Source: Candidatus Cloacimonadales bacterium (GTDB lineage Bacteria; Cloacimonadota; Cloacimonadia; Cloacimonadales; JAIOQZ01). From it: a DNA stretch of 64,000 nt. This document shows, one piece after another, positions 20,414 through 30,568 of this stretch. How positions within the stretch are numbered: the stretch's first letter is position 1; each line of letters opens with the position of its first letter. Under the pieces are notes generated by a model that saw nothing but the letters and a program-made list of their open reading frames with translations, did no database searches and had not been told where the DNA came from. The translations under genes were made by a program, and so were the position numbers. The stretch spans positions 3,552,001 through 3,616,000 of the forward strand of contig OY762463.1 in assembly GCA_963665815.1 (NCBI GenBank). Reading direction: 5' to 3'.

Positions 20414-21757
20414 ATGTCGAATGAATTTAAGTATCTGGGAGTTACTCAATCGGGTAAGGGAGTGTCCGGGGTTGTTATTGCCAAAAGTATGGGGCACGCA
20501 AAGCAAATTGTAGGTGACATTGCTCAAAAACATGACTTTCGAATTAATTCCATATTACCTCGAAAAAAGTTTCTTTATTCTGTTAAACTGTCAAACGGTC
20601 AGAAAATTAAAGGGAAACAAGCTGCTTATACAAAGGAAGAAGTTGGGAATGCACTAATAAAGATTGGATATACAAATTTTTCTATTCAGCCTGTATTACT
20701 GGATTTCCAGTTCAAGCCTTCATTTGCAAGTATATTGTTGTTTGTAAATCTGAGTTCATTTATGCTCAAAGAGAAAATGAGCTATGACAGGATACTCAGG
20801 CTACTGGCAGAAGATGAGTCAAATCCTACTCTCAAGGAAACCCTGAAGAAGATTGAAAGTGAACTCAAAAAAGGTAAAAATGGTACTGAAGTTTTTAACA
20901 GGTATGGAGATGTATTCGGAAAATTTCCGGCATACATGTTAGGGCTTGCGACCAAGTCCGGTAATATGGCAGAAGTCTATGATGCCACAGCAAAATTCAT
21001 GACAAGAGATATGGAGTACAGAAAGAGTCTTAAACAGGCTCTAATGAGTCCATTACTTACTGTTGTTGCAATGATTGGTGCAGTATTATATTATTTGATC
21101 AAGATTTTCCCTGCTACAGCAAAATTGTTTGAAAAATTCGGAATAGAGCTTCCTGTGCTGACAAGAAATACCCTGAAACTCAGTGATTTTCTTACTGCAA
21201 ACTGGATATTGATTGTTCTTGCTATGCTTATTCCCATCGCGGGAGTGCTCTTATGGTGGAGGACAGATAAAGGTAAACTTTTCAGGGATAAGTTTATTAT
21301 TGGGCTTCCTGTTATTGGCCATTTGCTTCATAAATCCAGTATTGAGATATTCTTCAGGGTATTCTCAGCTATATACGGTGGAGCTGAAAATAACATTGAA
21401 ACTCTTCGAGCTTCTGCTGAAGCTTGCAGAAATAAATATATAGAGAAGGGGGTAAAGGATATAGCAATACCTCTGATGCTTAAAGAAGGTATGTCATTAG
21501 TACCTGCGCTGCATAGAGCAGGAGTATTTAACAAAAGTACTCTCAGTAGACTTAAAACCGGTTCTGAGACTGGTAACGTATTGCAGGCCGCTAAACAGAT
21601 ATGCTCATTTTACGAGCAGGAAACTACGTATAAAATGCAGAATGTGATTCAATCGATCCAGACATTAATCAGTATGTTTGTTTCAATTGTTATTACTGCT
21701 TTGACCGTGATTTCCGCAGAAATTGCAACTATTCAGCCACCTCCTCCGGGAATATAG
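20414..21757 (+). CDS. pilC: Type IV pilus/T2SS inner membrane platform protein (PilC/GspF family)
   Basis: Two T2SSF-like repeats, TM segments, GLPVIGHLL and TGSETGN motifs; adjacent to pilB. Confidence 0.85.
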   Translation: MSNEFKYLGVTQSGKGVSGVVIAKSMGHAKQIVGDIAQKHDFRINSILPRKKFLYSVKLSNGQKIKGKQAAYTKEEVGNALIKIGYTNFSIQPVLLDFQFKPSFASILLFVNLSSFMLKEKMSYDRILRLLAEDESNPTLKETLKKIESELKKGKNGTEVFNRYGDVFGKFPAYMLGLATKSGNMAEVYDATAKFMTRDMEYRKSLKQALMSPLLTVVAMIGAVLYYLIKIFPATAKLFEKFGIELPVLTRNTLKLSDFLTANWILIVLAMLIPIAGVLLWWRTDKGKLFRDKFIIGLPVIGHLLHKSSIEIFFRVFSAIYGGAENNIETLRASAEACRNKYIEKGVKDIAIPLMLKEGMSLVPALHRAGVFNKSTLSRLKTGSETGNVLQAAKQICSFYEQETTYKMQNVIQSIQTLISMFVSIVITALTVISAEIATIQPPPPGI

Positions 21758-21763
21758 GTAATC

Positions 21764-23548
21764 GTGTCATTTAAAAACAGATTTGCTGATATTTTACATG
21801 AAAAGCAGGTAGTGTCCGATGATGTGCTTAATGAAGCACTCAGAGTGCAGATGGAAGAAGAATCTGCAAATCGGAGAAAACTTGCTGATATTCTTGTCAG
21901 TGATTTTAATATAGAACATCATAGTGTCTTTGGTTTGTTGGCAAGAATGTATGCCTTCAGAACCGTAACAGTAAATATTGATAATTTAACCGATAAACAT
22001 ATAAACCAGACGAAGTCCTTATTAAACAAAATTCCGGAAGGACTTAGAAAAGAACTGCTGTATAACAAAATTTTACCTTACCGGGAAACACAAAAACCAA
22101 GACCGACATTAATTATACTGGCGGCTGATCCAACCGATAAGCTTGTTGAGGAAATACCCAAAAGCTCGGGTTTCAAGAAGTATGAAGTTGTATATTGCCG
22201 ACTATCCACAATCGAAGAATTAATAGATATTATTGCACCTCAGAAAAACGAGTTTCTGGATATTCTGAAAGAGGTCGGAGATCAGATTGAAGAACTGGAA
22301 GAAAGCAGATCAAAATCTGTCATTGACGAATATGCTCTGGACGATGAGATCAATAAAAGTCTGCTTGTTAACCTTTTTGAAGGCTGCCTTATTGAAGCAG
22401 TACGAAAAGGAGCAAGTGATATTCACATTATTCCGCATGGAGCTTCCACGGTTGATTTCTATTTCAGAGTAGATGGTAAGCTTACTCTCTGGCTTCGGCA
22501 GGATCAGACTTCTCCGGAAGCAATGGCTGCAGTTGTTAAGGACAGATCAAACGGTGTAGATAGATTTGAAAGAGATACTGCACAGGATGGTTTCGCCCAG
22601 AGAAATATCGATGGTAACCTTATTCGTTTCAGGGTCTCCATTGTTGCCATAACATCTTCTGAGTACGAGCGGAGACTGGAAAGTATTGTTATCCGGGTTA
22701 TTGATGATCGTAATGTTATCACTAATCTGAGACAACTTGGTTTTCAGGAAAAAGCGGAAGGTGATTTCCTTAAATCAATATCTAAATCTAAGGGAGTTGT
22801 TCTTGTAACCGGTCCGACCGGTAGTGGTAAAAGTACTACTCTCATGGCTGCTCTGTATCAGATTATTGATCCGTCTATAAATATACTGACTTGCGAGGAT
22901 CCGGTTGAGTATGTGATTCGAGGAGCAAGACAGCTTAAAATTGGAGCGAAAATGTCTTTTGACCAAGCTATCAGAGCTATCCTTCGTCATGACCCCGATG
23001 TTGTGATGGTAGGGGAGATTCGTGACAAAACTACTGCAGAGACTGCAGTTAAACTTGCGAATACCGGTCACTTGACATTCTCAACACTGCACACTAATGA
23101 TGCTCCAAGTGCAGTATCCAGACTTTACAAAATGGGAGTAGAACCATTTCTGCTTGCCTATGCAATTAATATCATTGTTGCACAGCGTCTTGTAAGAAAA
23201 TTGTGCAAAACATGTCGAGAAGTTATAAAACCCGAACGATACAAATCCGGACTTGAACTTGGACTGTCATTGGAAGAAATGAAGTCCGGGAACATTTATC
23301 AGCCGGGGCCGGGATGCCAGAATTGTCATAACGGTTATAAGGGTCGGGTAAATATTTGTGAAGCTCTTTATTTCACGCCGGAAGTAAGAAAAGCTGTTGC
23401 CGAATCAGGTGAAGAAGTAGATGAAGCCAGGATTCGCGAAGTTGCCGAAGGTCAGGGAATGCTTTCTCTGATGGAGTCCGGGAGAGACAGAATCAGAAAT
23501 GGACTTACTTCTGTGGAAGAAATAATTTACGCAACCTCGGAGGATTAA
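21764..23548 (+). CDS. pilB: Type IV pilus extension ATPase (PilB/GspE family)
   Basis: GASDIHI, GPTGSGKSTTL, EDPVEY, LRHDPDVVMVGEIRD, TLHTND, and a tetracysteine motif CKTC/CQNC. Confidence 0.93.
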   Translation: MSFKNRFADILHEKQVVSDDVLNEALRVQMEEESANRRKLADILVSDFNIEHHSVFGLLARMYAFRTVTVNIDNLTDKHINQTKSLLNKIPEGLRKELLYNKILPYRETQKPRPTLIILAADPTDKLVEEIPKSSGFKKYEVVYCRLSTIEELIDIIAPQKNEFLDILKEVGDQIEELEESRSKSVIDEYALDDEINKSLLVNLFEGCLIEAVRKGASDIHIIPHGASTVDFYFRVDGKLTLWLRQDQTSPEAMAAVVKDRSNGVDRFERDTAQDGFAQRNIDGNLIRFRVSIVAITSSEYERRLESIVIRVIDDRNVITNLRQLGFQEKAEGDFLKSISKSKGVVLVTGPTGSGKSTTLMAALYQIIDPSINILTCEDPVEYVIRGARQLKIGAKMSFDQAIRAILRHDPDVVMVGEIRDKTTAETAVKLANTGHLTFSTLHTNDAPSAVSRLYKMGVEPFLLAYAINIIVAQRLVRKLCKTCREVIKPERYKSGLELGLSLEEMKSGNIYQPGPGCQNCHNGYKGRVNICEALYFTPEVRKAVAESGEEVDEARIREVAEGQGMLSLMESGRDRIRNGLTSVEEIIYATSED

Positions 23549-23976
23549 TGGGAAATCAGATGCTTTTAACCATACTTGCAGTATCACTGTTTACAACAAT
23601 GATAATGTCAATGCATTACGGGCAAATGATAAAGAATGAGAACATGTACAAAGCTCATTATTATCTTCAGGGAATGAAAGTTGCAGATAAGTATTTTCAG
23701 AAGATTGAATCGGATCTTCTTGGAAAAGTAAAAACCTTTGCCGGAACGAATACTTTTTATTCAGGTTACACTACAACTGAGACAGTGAATTCTATAACAT
23801 ACACTGTTGGTGTTTCATCAACATATTGTGATTCTATTGGAACTACAGCTTATTCAGCTACTGACTTTATCAGAATAAATCTTAGTGTGTCTTCTGTTCC
23901 AACAACAGGGGATACTCTTGTAATAGGGACCTCAAGCTATCCTTTATCAAGGATATATCCCGATCCGGGACTTTAG
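23548..23976 (+). CDS. Minor pilin-like protein
   Basis: N-terminal hydrophobic helix (MGNQMLLTILAVSL), small beta-rich head, translationally coupled to pilB. Confidence 0.6.
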   Translation: MGNQMLLTILAVSLFTTMIMSMHYGQMIKNENMYKAHYYLQGMKVADKYFQKIESDLLGKVKTFAGTNTFYSGYTTTETVNSITYTVGVSSTYCDSIGTTAYSATDFIRINLSVSSVPTTGDTLVIGTSSYPLSRIYPDPGL

Positions 23977-23985
23977 GAGTAAATC

Positions 23986-24534
23986 ATGAATCCGATGCTT
24001 GATACAATTGGTGCATTGATTATAGGCGGAGCATTGCTTGTTGCAATGTGGACAGCTTATACAAATTATACAGCAATGCATCAAAACGCCAATATGCAGA
24101 TGAATCTGACAACATTGTCAGAGGAAGTTTCGTTGATGCTGGGTTCATTCTACCTGCCGAAAGTAGGTTCCGGTGTACCTACCGGAACAGCTGCTATTCA
24201 GATAGCTAATTCAACAGGATTTCAGTTCCTTGGACGGGAGAGTTACTCAACTTCGGTTGATACATTTTATGTATTTCAGGATACAGTATCAACGCAGAAG
24301 GTTGTGAAAGTCAGCAGAAACGGAGTGGAAATTGCAGGTCCGTTTTTCATGAATAGTGATATGAATATCACGTATTATAATCAAGCAGATGCTGTTACGG
24401 CTACAATATCAGATATCAGATCAGTTAAAGTGGAAATTGAATTAGTATATGAAGGTTGGAGTACAAATGCAAATACTCTTAACCTTGTGAATAAAATTGT
24501 ATTCTGGACTTATTTTAAAAACCTCTACATATGA
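23986..24534 (+). CDS. Minor pilin-like protein (PilW-like position)
   Basis: N-terminal hydrophobic helix; ITYYN...DIRSVKVEI segment resembles PilW/GspJ-type C-termini. Confidence 0.6.
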   Translation: MNPMLDTIGALIIGGALLVAMWTAYTNYTAMHQNANMQMNLTTLSEEVSLMLGSFYLPKVGSGVPTGTAAIQIANSTGFQFLGRESYSTSVDTFYVFQDTVSTQKVVKVSRNGVEIAGPFFMNSDMNITYYNQADAVTATISDIRSVKVEIELVYEGWSTNANTLNLVNKIVFWTYFKNLYI

Positions 24535-24543
24535 GGAGGAAAA

Positions 24544-25479
24544 ATGGGAAAGCTTCTATTATTAATGGTTCTTTTGATAACGGTCATTTTCACAACAATG
24601 ACTATTGCAGATATCAGAAGAGCTGAACAGGCGGCAGAAGAAGTCTCAAGTAATCAGGCAAGAATACGTGCTAAAGCTTTAGGGGATTATGCCCTTAATT
24701 ATTGTACAAAAAAAATAGGAGACGGTTCTGTCACATTCAGTTCGGCACCATATACTCAGACATTTAATAACTTTAATGTCTTAGGCGGCAGTATTGACAG
24801 TGTAAGATACGTTCCAAACTCATCGAATGATACAGTAAGAGTAACTTCTTATGTTAGAGTTACAGTTGCAGGAGAACAGTCAAGATACGAAAGCGAGGCA
24901 ATGCTGTTTGTTCCAGCACCAGCATCAGTAAATGTTACAACTCCAACGGTATCTCATTCTATAGCCTGTTCCGGAACAGTCAAGACTTTCGGATTGGGCT
25001 ATATTGAAGGTGGTGCCTCCTCCAATGCTTCATTTGATATACCATCTCTGTTTAATGTAACACCTCAACAGATTATTGACAATGCAGATAATACTGTTAG
25101 GGGAGGCGTAGCTGTTGGTATCGGCAGTTTGAACGGAGTTACAGTTGTAGATGGTGATATCCTGTTTGCCGGAGCTTTTGCAGGCTCAGGGTTTCTATAT
25201 GTAAGAGGAAACCTGACAGCAGTTGGCTTAGCTTCATTCAGGGGTATTATTTACGTTGAAGGTAACCTGAGATTTGGTGGGGGATGTTTGACTAATGGTG
25301 CAGTATATGTAAATGGGGGTCCTGGTTCTACGGCTAAGTTTTATGGAATATCCATGCTGAGAACTAGTTCCTCTGATGTACAGACTGGGATTAACGCTCT
25401 TGTGAATGCGATTCCTGCTTCAACAGCACCTGCTTCTCCACCCGTAGTTCTGTCATTTGACGAAAGATATAAAAAGTAA
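24544..25479 (+). CDS. PilX/GspK-like minor pilin with Gly-rich beta-solenoid C-terminus
   Basis: Hydrophobic N-helix followed by QARIRAKALGDYALNY (PilX-N-like); repeated GxxYVxGNL strands. Confidence 0.6.
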   Translation: MGKLLLLMVLLITVIFTTMTIADIRRAEQAAEEVSSNQARIRAKALGDYALNYCTKKIGDGSVTFSSAPYTQTFNNFNVLGGSIDSVRYVPNSSNDTVRVTSYVRVTVAGEQSRYESEAMLFVPAPASVNVTTPTVSHSIACSGTVKTFGLGYIEGGASSNASFDIPSLFNVTPQQIIDNADNTVRGGVAVGIGSLNGVTVVDGDILFAGAFAGSGFLYVRGNLTAVGLASFRGIIYVEGNLRFGGGCLTNGAVYVNGGPGSTAKFYGISMLRTSSSDVQTGINALVNAIPASTAPASPPVVLSFDERYKK

Positions 25480-25506
25480 GATTAATTTAGAAGGAAAGGA
25501 AAGAAT

Positions 25507-26364
25507 ATGAACCGACACATAATGATTGTTGATGATGATCAGTCATTCATTGATGTCTGTCAGGAAATCTTAGAAGATCATGATTACACGGTAAGTGTTG
25601 CCAGAAATGGTTTCGAAGCCCTCGAACAGATGAATGAAGAAAGGTTCGATCTGTTCCTTGTTGATATCAATATGCCCAAAATGAGTGGCTATGAATTAAC
25701 AAGGAAAATCAAGGAAATTCAACCATTAGCTGTAGTGATTATTGTTACAGGTAATTCTAGTATAAAAAGTGCCGTAAATGCGGTTCATTATGGAGCATTC
25801 CAGTATCTTGCCAAACCTTTTAAAGCAAGTGAACTTCTGGAAATGATTGAAAAAGGATTGGAATATGGAGAAACCCTGTTCAGTCAGATCAAGAAGTCAA
25901 TGCATGAACATACAGAAAGAACAAATAACCATAGTGAGTATCTGACATTCCTCGGTTTTCCGGCAGAGGAAATTATGCATCTTGAGAAAATCTGTAAATT
26001 CAAGAAATATTTATCCGGAGATATAATATATTCCGGTGAGGATTCTACAAGATCAATTTTTCTGTTTGATGCCGGTACAATATCAGTCTGGTACAAAAAC
26101 ATATTGATAGATTATCTTGGCAAATGGGATACATGGGGAGAAGAAAATATTCTTGTTAAAAGATCTTTCCCTATACAGTTGAAAGCCGAGACAAATGTGA
26201 GAGCTAAAATAATTGATCGAAACAGATTATTGAAGTACTTCCAGTATAGAGAAGAAAAGTATCTTAAGAAGTTTATGATTAACATCTCTAACTGTCTTTA
26301 CTTCAGATGGCAGAAATCGATTCAACGAATTACTAATCTCCAGACGGAAATAGATTTCTTATAA
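25507..26364 (+). CDS. Response regulator with C-terminal cNMP-binding-like domain
   Basis: IVDDD, VDINMP and YLAKPF receiver motifs; YLSGDIIYSGED..IFLFDAGTISV..WGEE resembles the CRP/cNMP fold. Confidence 0.75.
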   Translation: MNRHIMIVDDDQSFIDVCQEILEDHDYTVSVARNGFEALEQMNEERFDLFLVDINMPKMSGYELTRKIKEIQPLAVVIIVTGNSSIKSAVNAVHYGAFQYLAKPFKASELLEMIEKGLEYGETLFSQIKKSMHEHTERTNNHSEYLTFLGFPAEEIMHLEKICKFKKYLSGDIIYSGEDSTRSIFLFDAGTISVWYKNILIDYLGKWDTWGEENILVKRSFPIQLKAETNVRAKIIDRNRLLKYFQYREEKYLKKFMINISNCLYFRWQKSIQRITNLQTEIDFL

Positions 26365-26373
26365 GGAGGAATT

Positions 26374-27585
26374 TTGATATTCAGATTCAGTCGGGATTTA
26401 TTGAAGAATATACCTGAAATGGCAACAGGAACTAACAGGTTCAGATATATTGCTCAGTATCTGGATGAATATCCTGAACATAGCAATGAAGCCTTTCTGA
26501 AATTCAAAGAGCTATTCAGATTCATGGTAAAAATTAAAGCATCTGACTTAGATTGCGGTGGTGTGGGATGTAATGAGCAAATATGGTTTCGTGTAAATGG
26601 TGAGAAAATGCCTTATGAGGAAATCAATAATATCAATCAGGATGAAATTGCAGTTATGCTGCTTAGTGTACTGTCAATGGATCAGAAAGAAATGATGTTC
26701 CTGAATATGAATATTGACTTTTCATTAAGTCTCGAACTGGAAGAAGGTTCACGGGCTCAAAGGTTCCGTGGAAGCATCTATTATGAGATGAATTCACTGG
26801 CCGCAAACTTCCGAAGAATTAATTCACGCTTGTTTACTATAGACGAACTGAACTTCCCTGCACCAATTCTTGAACGATTTGATTTGACAAATGAAAAATC
26901 AGGATTAATACTTGTCACTGGTATTACTGGTTCAGGTAAAAGTAGTACTCTTGATACGATCATTAACATGAATAATATGAGGAGCCATGCACATATACTT
27001 GTTATAGGTAAGCCGATTGAGTATATTCATGAATCTCATAAATGTCTCGTAAGACACCGAGAAGTCGGTGAAGATGTGCTGAGCTTTGATCAGGGAACTG
27101 TTCAGGCCCTCAGGCAGGATCCTGATATCATCGTTGTTGGAGAGATGCGGGATAAGCATACAATAGCAACAGTAATGGAAGTGACTGACAGTGGTCATAA
27201 AGTTTTTACAACATTGCATACAAGCAGTGCAATAGAAAGTGTCCACAGGATTATTGGAGAGTTTCCTCCCAGTGAGCAGGATCGTATCAGGTATCGCCTT
27301 GCAGATATTTTAACAGTAATTGTGTCTCAGAAACTTATTCCGGACAGAAAGGGTCGCTTGCTGATGGCAAAGGAGATTTTGTCAGTAGATGATTCAGTTA
27401 AAGCGGCAATAAGAAATAATAATATCGGGGAGATTTATCAGATGATTACCGAAGGCAAGAATAAAGGAATGTATACTTTAGAACAGGATCTTCATCTTCT
27501 GGTGAGAATGAATAAAATTTCCTCTAAAACTGCAATGGGATATGCTAATAACAAGAAAAGAATGTCTCAACTATTAACATATTAG
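26374..27585 (+). CDS. pilT: Type IV pilus retraction ATPase (PilT/PilU family)
   Basis: GITGSGKSST, HREVG, ALRQDPDIIVVGEMRD, TTLHTSSA, SQKL and AAIRN motifs. Confidence 0.88.
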   Translation: MIFRFSRDLLKNIPEMATGTNRFRYIAQYLDEYPEHSNEAFLKFKELFRFMVKIKASDLDCGGVGCNEQIWFRVNGEKMPYEEINNINQDEIAVMLLSVLSMDQKEMMFLNMNIDFSLSLELEEGSRAQRFRGSIYYEMNSLAANFRRINSRLFTIDELNFPAPILERFDLTNEKSGLILVTGITGSGKSSTLDTIINMNNMRSHAHILVIGKPIEYIHESHKCLVRHREVGEDVLSFDQGTVQALRQDPDIIVVGEMRDKHTIATVMEVTDSGHKVFTTLHTSSAIESVHRIIGEFPPSEQDRIRYRLADILTVIVSQKLIPDRKGRLLMAKEILSVDDSVKAAIRNNNIGEIYQMITEGKNKGMYTLEQDLHLLVRMNKISSKTAMGYANNKKRMSQLLTY

Positions 27586-27593
27586 GAATTAAC

Positions 27594-29696
27594 ATGAGTA
27601 ACAGAAGAGAACGTAACGCATATGGAGTTTTCATAGACGGCTTGAACATAAAGCTGGCACATGTTGTTGCAACCGGAGACGAGTTCAGGATTGAGAATCT
27701 TGAGGAAAAAGAACTGTCCTTCCCTCTATTTCTTCAAGACACCGAAAGTCCGAAAAAAACGAATGAACCAAATCCTGAAAATGTGAATCTTGAGACTCAG
27801 CTTGAGAATATGAGTAATATTGATTCTGATAAAATGATGGATAACCTGAATTCAGAAGCAAAACTCAGTGGTAAAGTTGAACTCAGAAATCTGTTGTATG
27901 AATATGATTTGTCAAATGGAAAAATTGCAATGAATTCTATTGATGATAGAATAACCTATCAGAATATAGGAACTCTGGATTCTAAGAAAAAGACATCCAA
28001 TAAAAAACTAAGAAAAATTCTTCTGAAAAAGCATGAGATCCAGAATGCAAATGTTACTCTTGATCATTTTCTGGGTGTTGATGACGAAGTCTTAGTATTT
28101 ACACATAGAGGCAGACTTGAACTGCTTGATGCAATAAAGGATATAAACTACTCTCTTACAAAGAAAAAATTCTATTATAATCATATAGACACAAATGAAG
28201 TATCCCTGATAAACCTGTATAATCTTACTCACCCAAGTGTTGAAGAGAAATACTCGTTGCTCTTGTATGTTGGATTTGAGTATAAAGTGGGAATTGTTCT
28301 TAAAGGTGGTAAATTCGTAAAGAAATTCCCAATAATTATAACTGGTACCAGCCATGAGAACAGAAGAAGAGCGATTTTTTCAAAGGTAATGCTTGAACAG
28401 GATGCTACAGAATACGATATAATTGAAGATGTTTATTTTTGTGGTGATTTTGCTGATGATGAAGATTTGGAATTCTTCCGTAAAATGTTCCCTGAAACAT
28501 CAAACATTACTAGATTTGATACAACCGAAATTGATGGTTTCTATAACGGAGAAAACCTTTTCTCAGCAGATCAGGCAGCAAGTTATGCAATTCCTATATC
28601 AATGGCATTTAAAGCTCTATTCCCCAAAAGAGTAGAGATTCCTGGAACAAACCTGATACCATCAACAATTATTGAAAGTCAAAAACCTTTCAAGTTATCC
28701 TGGCACGGATTGATTATGCTGGTAGGAATATTTGCCATCTCGCTTTATGGAACTTATGTCTATGCAAATACAATTAACAATATCAAGCATGTGAAAAGTG
28801 AGAATGCAAAGATCGAAGCTACTCTCAAGCAGTCGGAATCTATGATGTTCAAGATTGAAGATATCAGAAAGGAACTCCTTCAAATTGAAGAGAATATTTC
28901 CAGAGTGACTGATCTTGTACAGAATAAGAATCAATGGCACTATATAATCCATAAGATAAATCAGACATTTACAGAAAAAAATCTCAGTTGGCTTACACAG
29001 ATAGAAAGCAATGAGAATGGTTTTATTATAAACGGATTTACTACTGATAGGGAAAACATTGTAGAGTTCGCGGAGTTGTTTCCGGCTGGTATGGTTACAT
29101 CGGTCTCGGAAATAAGCATAGAGAATATGCAGGTTTGGACATTCAAGATCCAATATAATTACCTGTACCCTGAAACTCTGCCAAAGATCTATTCCTTTGC
29201 TAATCAAGAAGAAGATGAACAACAGACAAAGACATCTTACGCTCTTAATCAACCTTTAAAAAGTAACATAGAGAAGAAAAAAAGCACTAAATATGATCTT
29301 GATAAGATTGATGTGAAACAGGATTCAGTAGTAATTAAAGCTTACAATAATGCAGTAGCAACATACTTCGATGGAAAAGTAATGGAAGCATTACCTTTAT
29401 TCAAAGATTTCAGAGAAAAGTATCCTGAGCATACTCTGGCTTACAACGCAAAATATTTTACAGGAGAATGCTACTATAATATCGGAGAATATGACTCAGC
29501 AGAGGCAATATTCAATGAGATACTGAAAATAAAAGGTAATAAGTATGGTGATGCACTCATTATGCTGGGTAATACATACAGAAGGCGTAAAGACCTTGCA
29601 ACGGCAAAGGATTACTACTATAGAATTGTTAATGAAAATCTCGAAAGAAATGTTGTCAAAATTGCTAAAAGAAAACTGTATGAGATAGGATATTAG
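27594..29696 (+). CDS. PilM-like/PilN-like fusion with C-terminal TPR (CpoB/YbgF-like) domain
   Basis: GVFIDG..KLAHV actin-like start, NLIP followed by TM and coiled coil (PilN signature), WLTQI/INGFT PilN core, TPR FREKYPEH..AKYFTGECYY. Confidence 0.7.
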   Translation: MSNRRERNAYGVFIDGLNIKLAHVVATGDEFRIENLEEKELSFPLFLQDTESPKKTNEPNPENVNLETQLENMSNIDSDKMMDNLNSEAKLSGKVELRNLLYEYDLSNGKIAMNSIDDRITYQNIGTLDSKKKTSNKKLRKILLKKHEIQNANVTLDHFLGVDDEVLVFTHRGRLELLDAIKDINYSLTKKKFYYNHIDTNEVSLINLYNLTHPSVEEKYSLLLYVGFEYKVGIVLKGGKFVKKFPIIITGTSHENRRRAIFSKVMLEQDATEYDIIEDVYFCGDFADDEDLEFFRKMFPETSNITRFDTTEIDGFYNGENLFSADQAASYAIPISMAFKALFPKRVEIPGTNLIPSTIIESQKPFKLSWHGLIMLVGIFAISLYGTYVYANTINNIKHVKSENAKIEATLKQSESMMFKIEDIRKELLQIEENISRVTDLVQNKNQWHYIIHKINQTFTEKNLSWLTQIESNENGFIINGFTTDRENIVEFAELFPAGMVTSVSEISIENMQVWTFKIQYNYLYPETLPKIYSFANQEEDEQQTKTSYALNQPLKSNIEKKKSTKYDLDKIDVKQDSVVIKAYNNAVATYFDGKVMEALPLFKDFREKYPEHTLAYNAKYFTGECYYNIGEYDSAEAIFNEILKIKGNKYGDALIMLGNTYRRRKDLATAKDYYYRIVNENLERNVVKIAKRKLYEIGY

Positions 29697-29697
29697 T

Positions 29698-30567
29698 ATG
29701 ACTTACACACTGCGAAACACATTGGTTATGTTCATTTTTCTGCTTTTAGTTTCACTCGGATTCTTTTTTTACACAAGTAAATATAGAAATGAACTTGAGG
29801 ATGCAAGAAAAAAATTGAATGAGAACAAAAAAGTCCTGACTCAACTTAAACAGGCAAATCCGGATATTGATAATTCCGAGAATCTTGTTGTAAGTCTTGA
29901 GAACATGCGGAAGAAAGCTCGTGAGAATAAGAAACTCATTATGAGAAATGATCAGCCTACTGATACATACAATTATCTGATAGGACTAAGCAAGAAATAT
30001 TGCGGAGACATGAGTTTTGATTTTGTTCATCAGCAGACTGTAAATAAAGGTGATTTAACAACAAACTTGTATAATGTCAGTGGAATGGGTAAGCTGAAAT
30101 CGCTTTATGCTTTTATATTTAATATAGAAAAACAGAGTCCACTATATACTGTCGATCAATTCTTTGTTACTCAGAATTCTGGTTCTGTTTCAGATTCTGT
30201 TGCATTTAATCTTGTTCTTCAGTCATATTCTAACAATACAGGTATACCCCGTGATGAAATAACTTTGAATAAACTTATTTATTCAGATGTAGATAATTCA
30301 TTGTTTAAGCCGAGACTCCATGAGCCTGTTTATAGTGATGAAGAAGGACTACGTATTGATATAGAAAAGGCAACACTTGTTGGTCTTACAGTTGAAAAGG
30401 TTTTCCTGAAGGATAATCTTGGAGAAGTCCACATGTTGTCTATAGGTGATAAAGTTGCTTATGGATCACTGGGAAGAATAAACTGGAATCACCAGTATGC
30501 AGTGTTCTTTGTTAACAAGATTGGCATAATTGAAGAAAAAGTATTATATTTAACACAAGAGGAATAG
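29698..30567 (+). CDS. PilO-like protein with PilP-like C-terminal beta domain
   Basis: TM plus coiled coil; GKLKSLYAFIFNIE PilO-like core; C-terminal TLVGL..LSIGDKVAYGSLGRI PilP/GspC-like segment. Confidence 0.6.
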   Translation: MTYTLRNTLVMFIFLLLVSLGFFFYTSKYRNELEDARKKLNENKKVLTQLKQANPDIDNSENLVVSLENMRKKARENKKLIMRNDQPTDTYNYLIGLSKKYCGDMSFDFVHQQTVNKGDLTTNLYNVSGMGKLKSLYAFIFNIEKQSPLYTVDQFFVTQNSGSVSDSVAFNLVLQSYSNNTGIPRDEITLNKLIYSDVDNSLFKPRLHEPVYSDEEGLRIDIEKATLVGLTVEKVFLKDNLGEVHMLSIGDKVAYGSLGRINWNHQYAVFFVNKIGIIEEKVLYLTQEE

Positions 30568-30568
30568 A

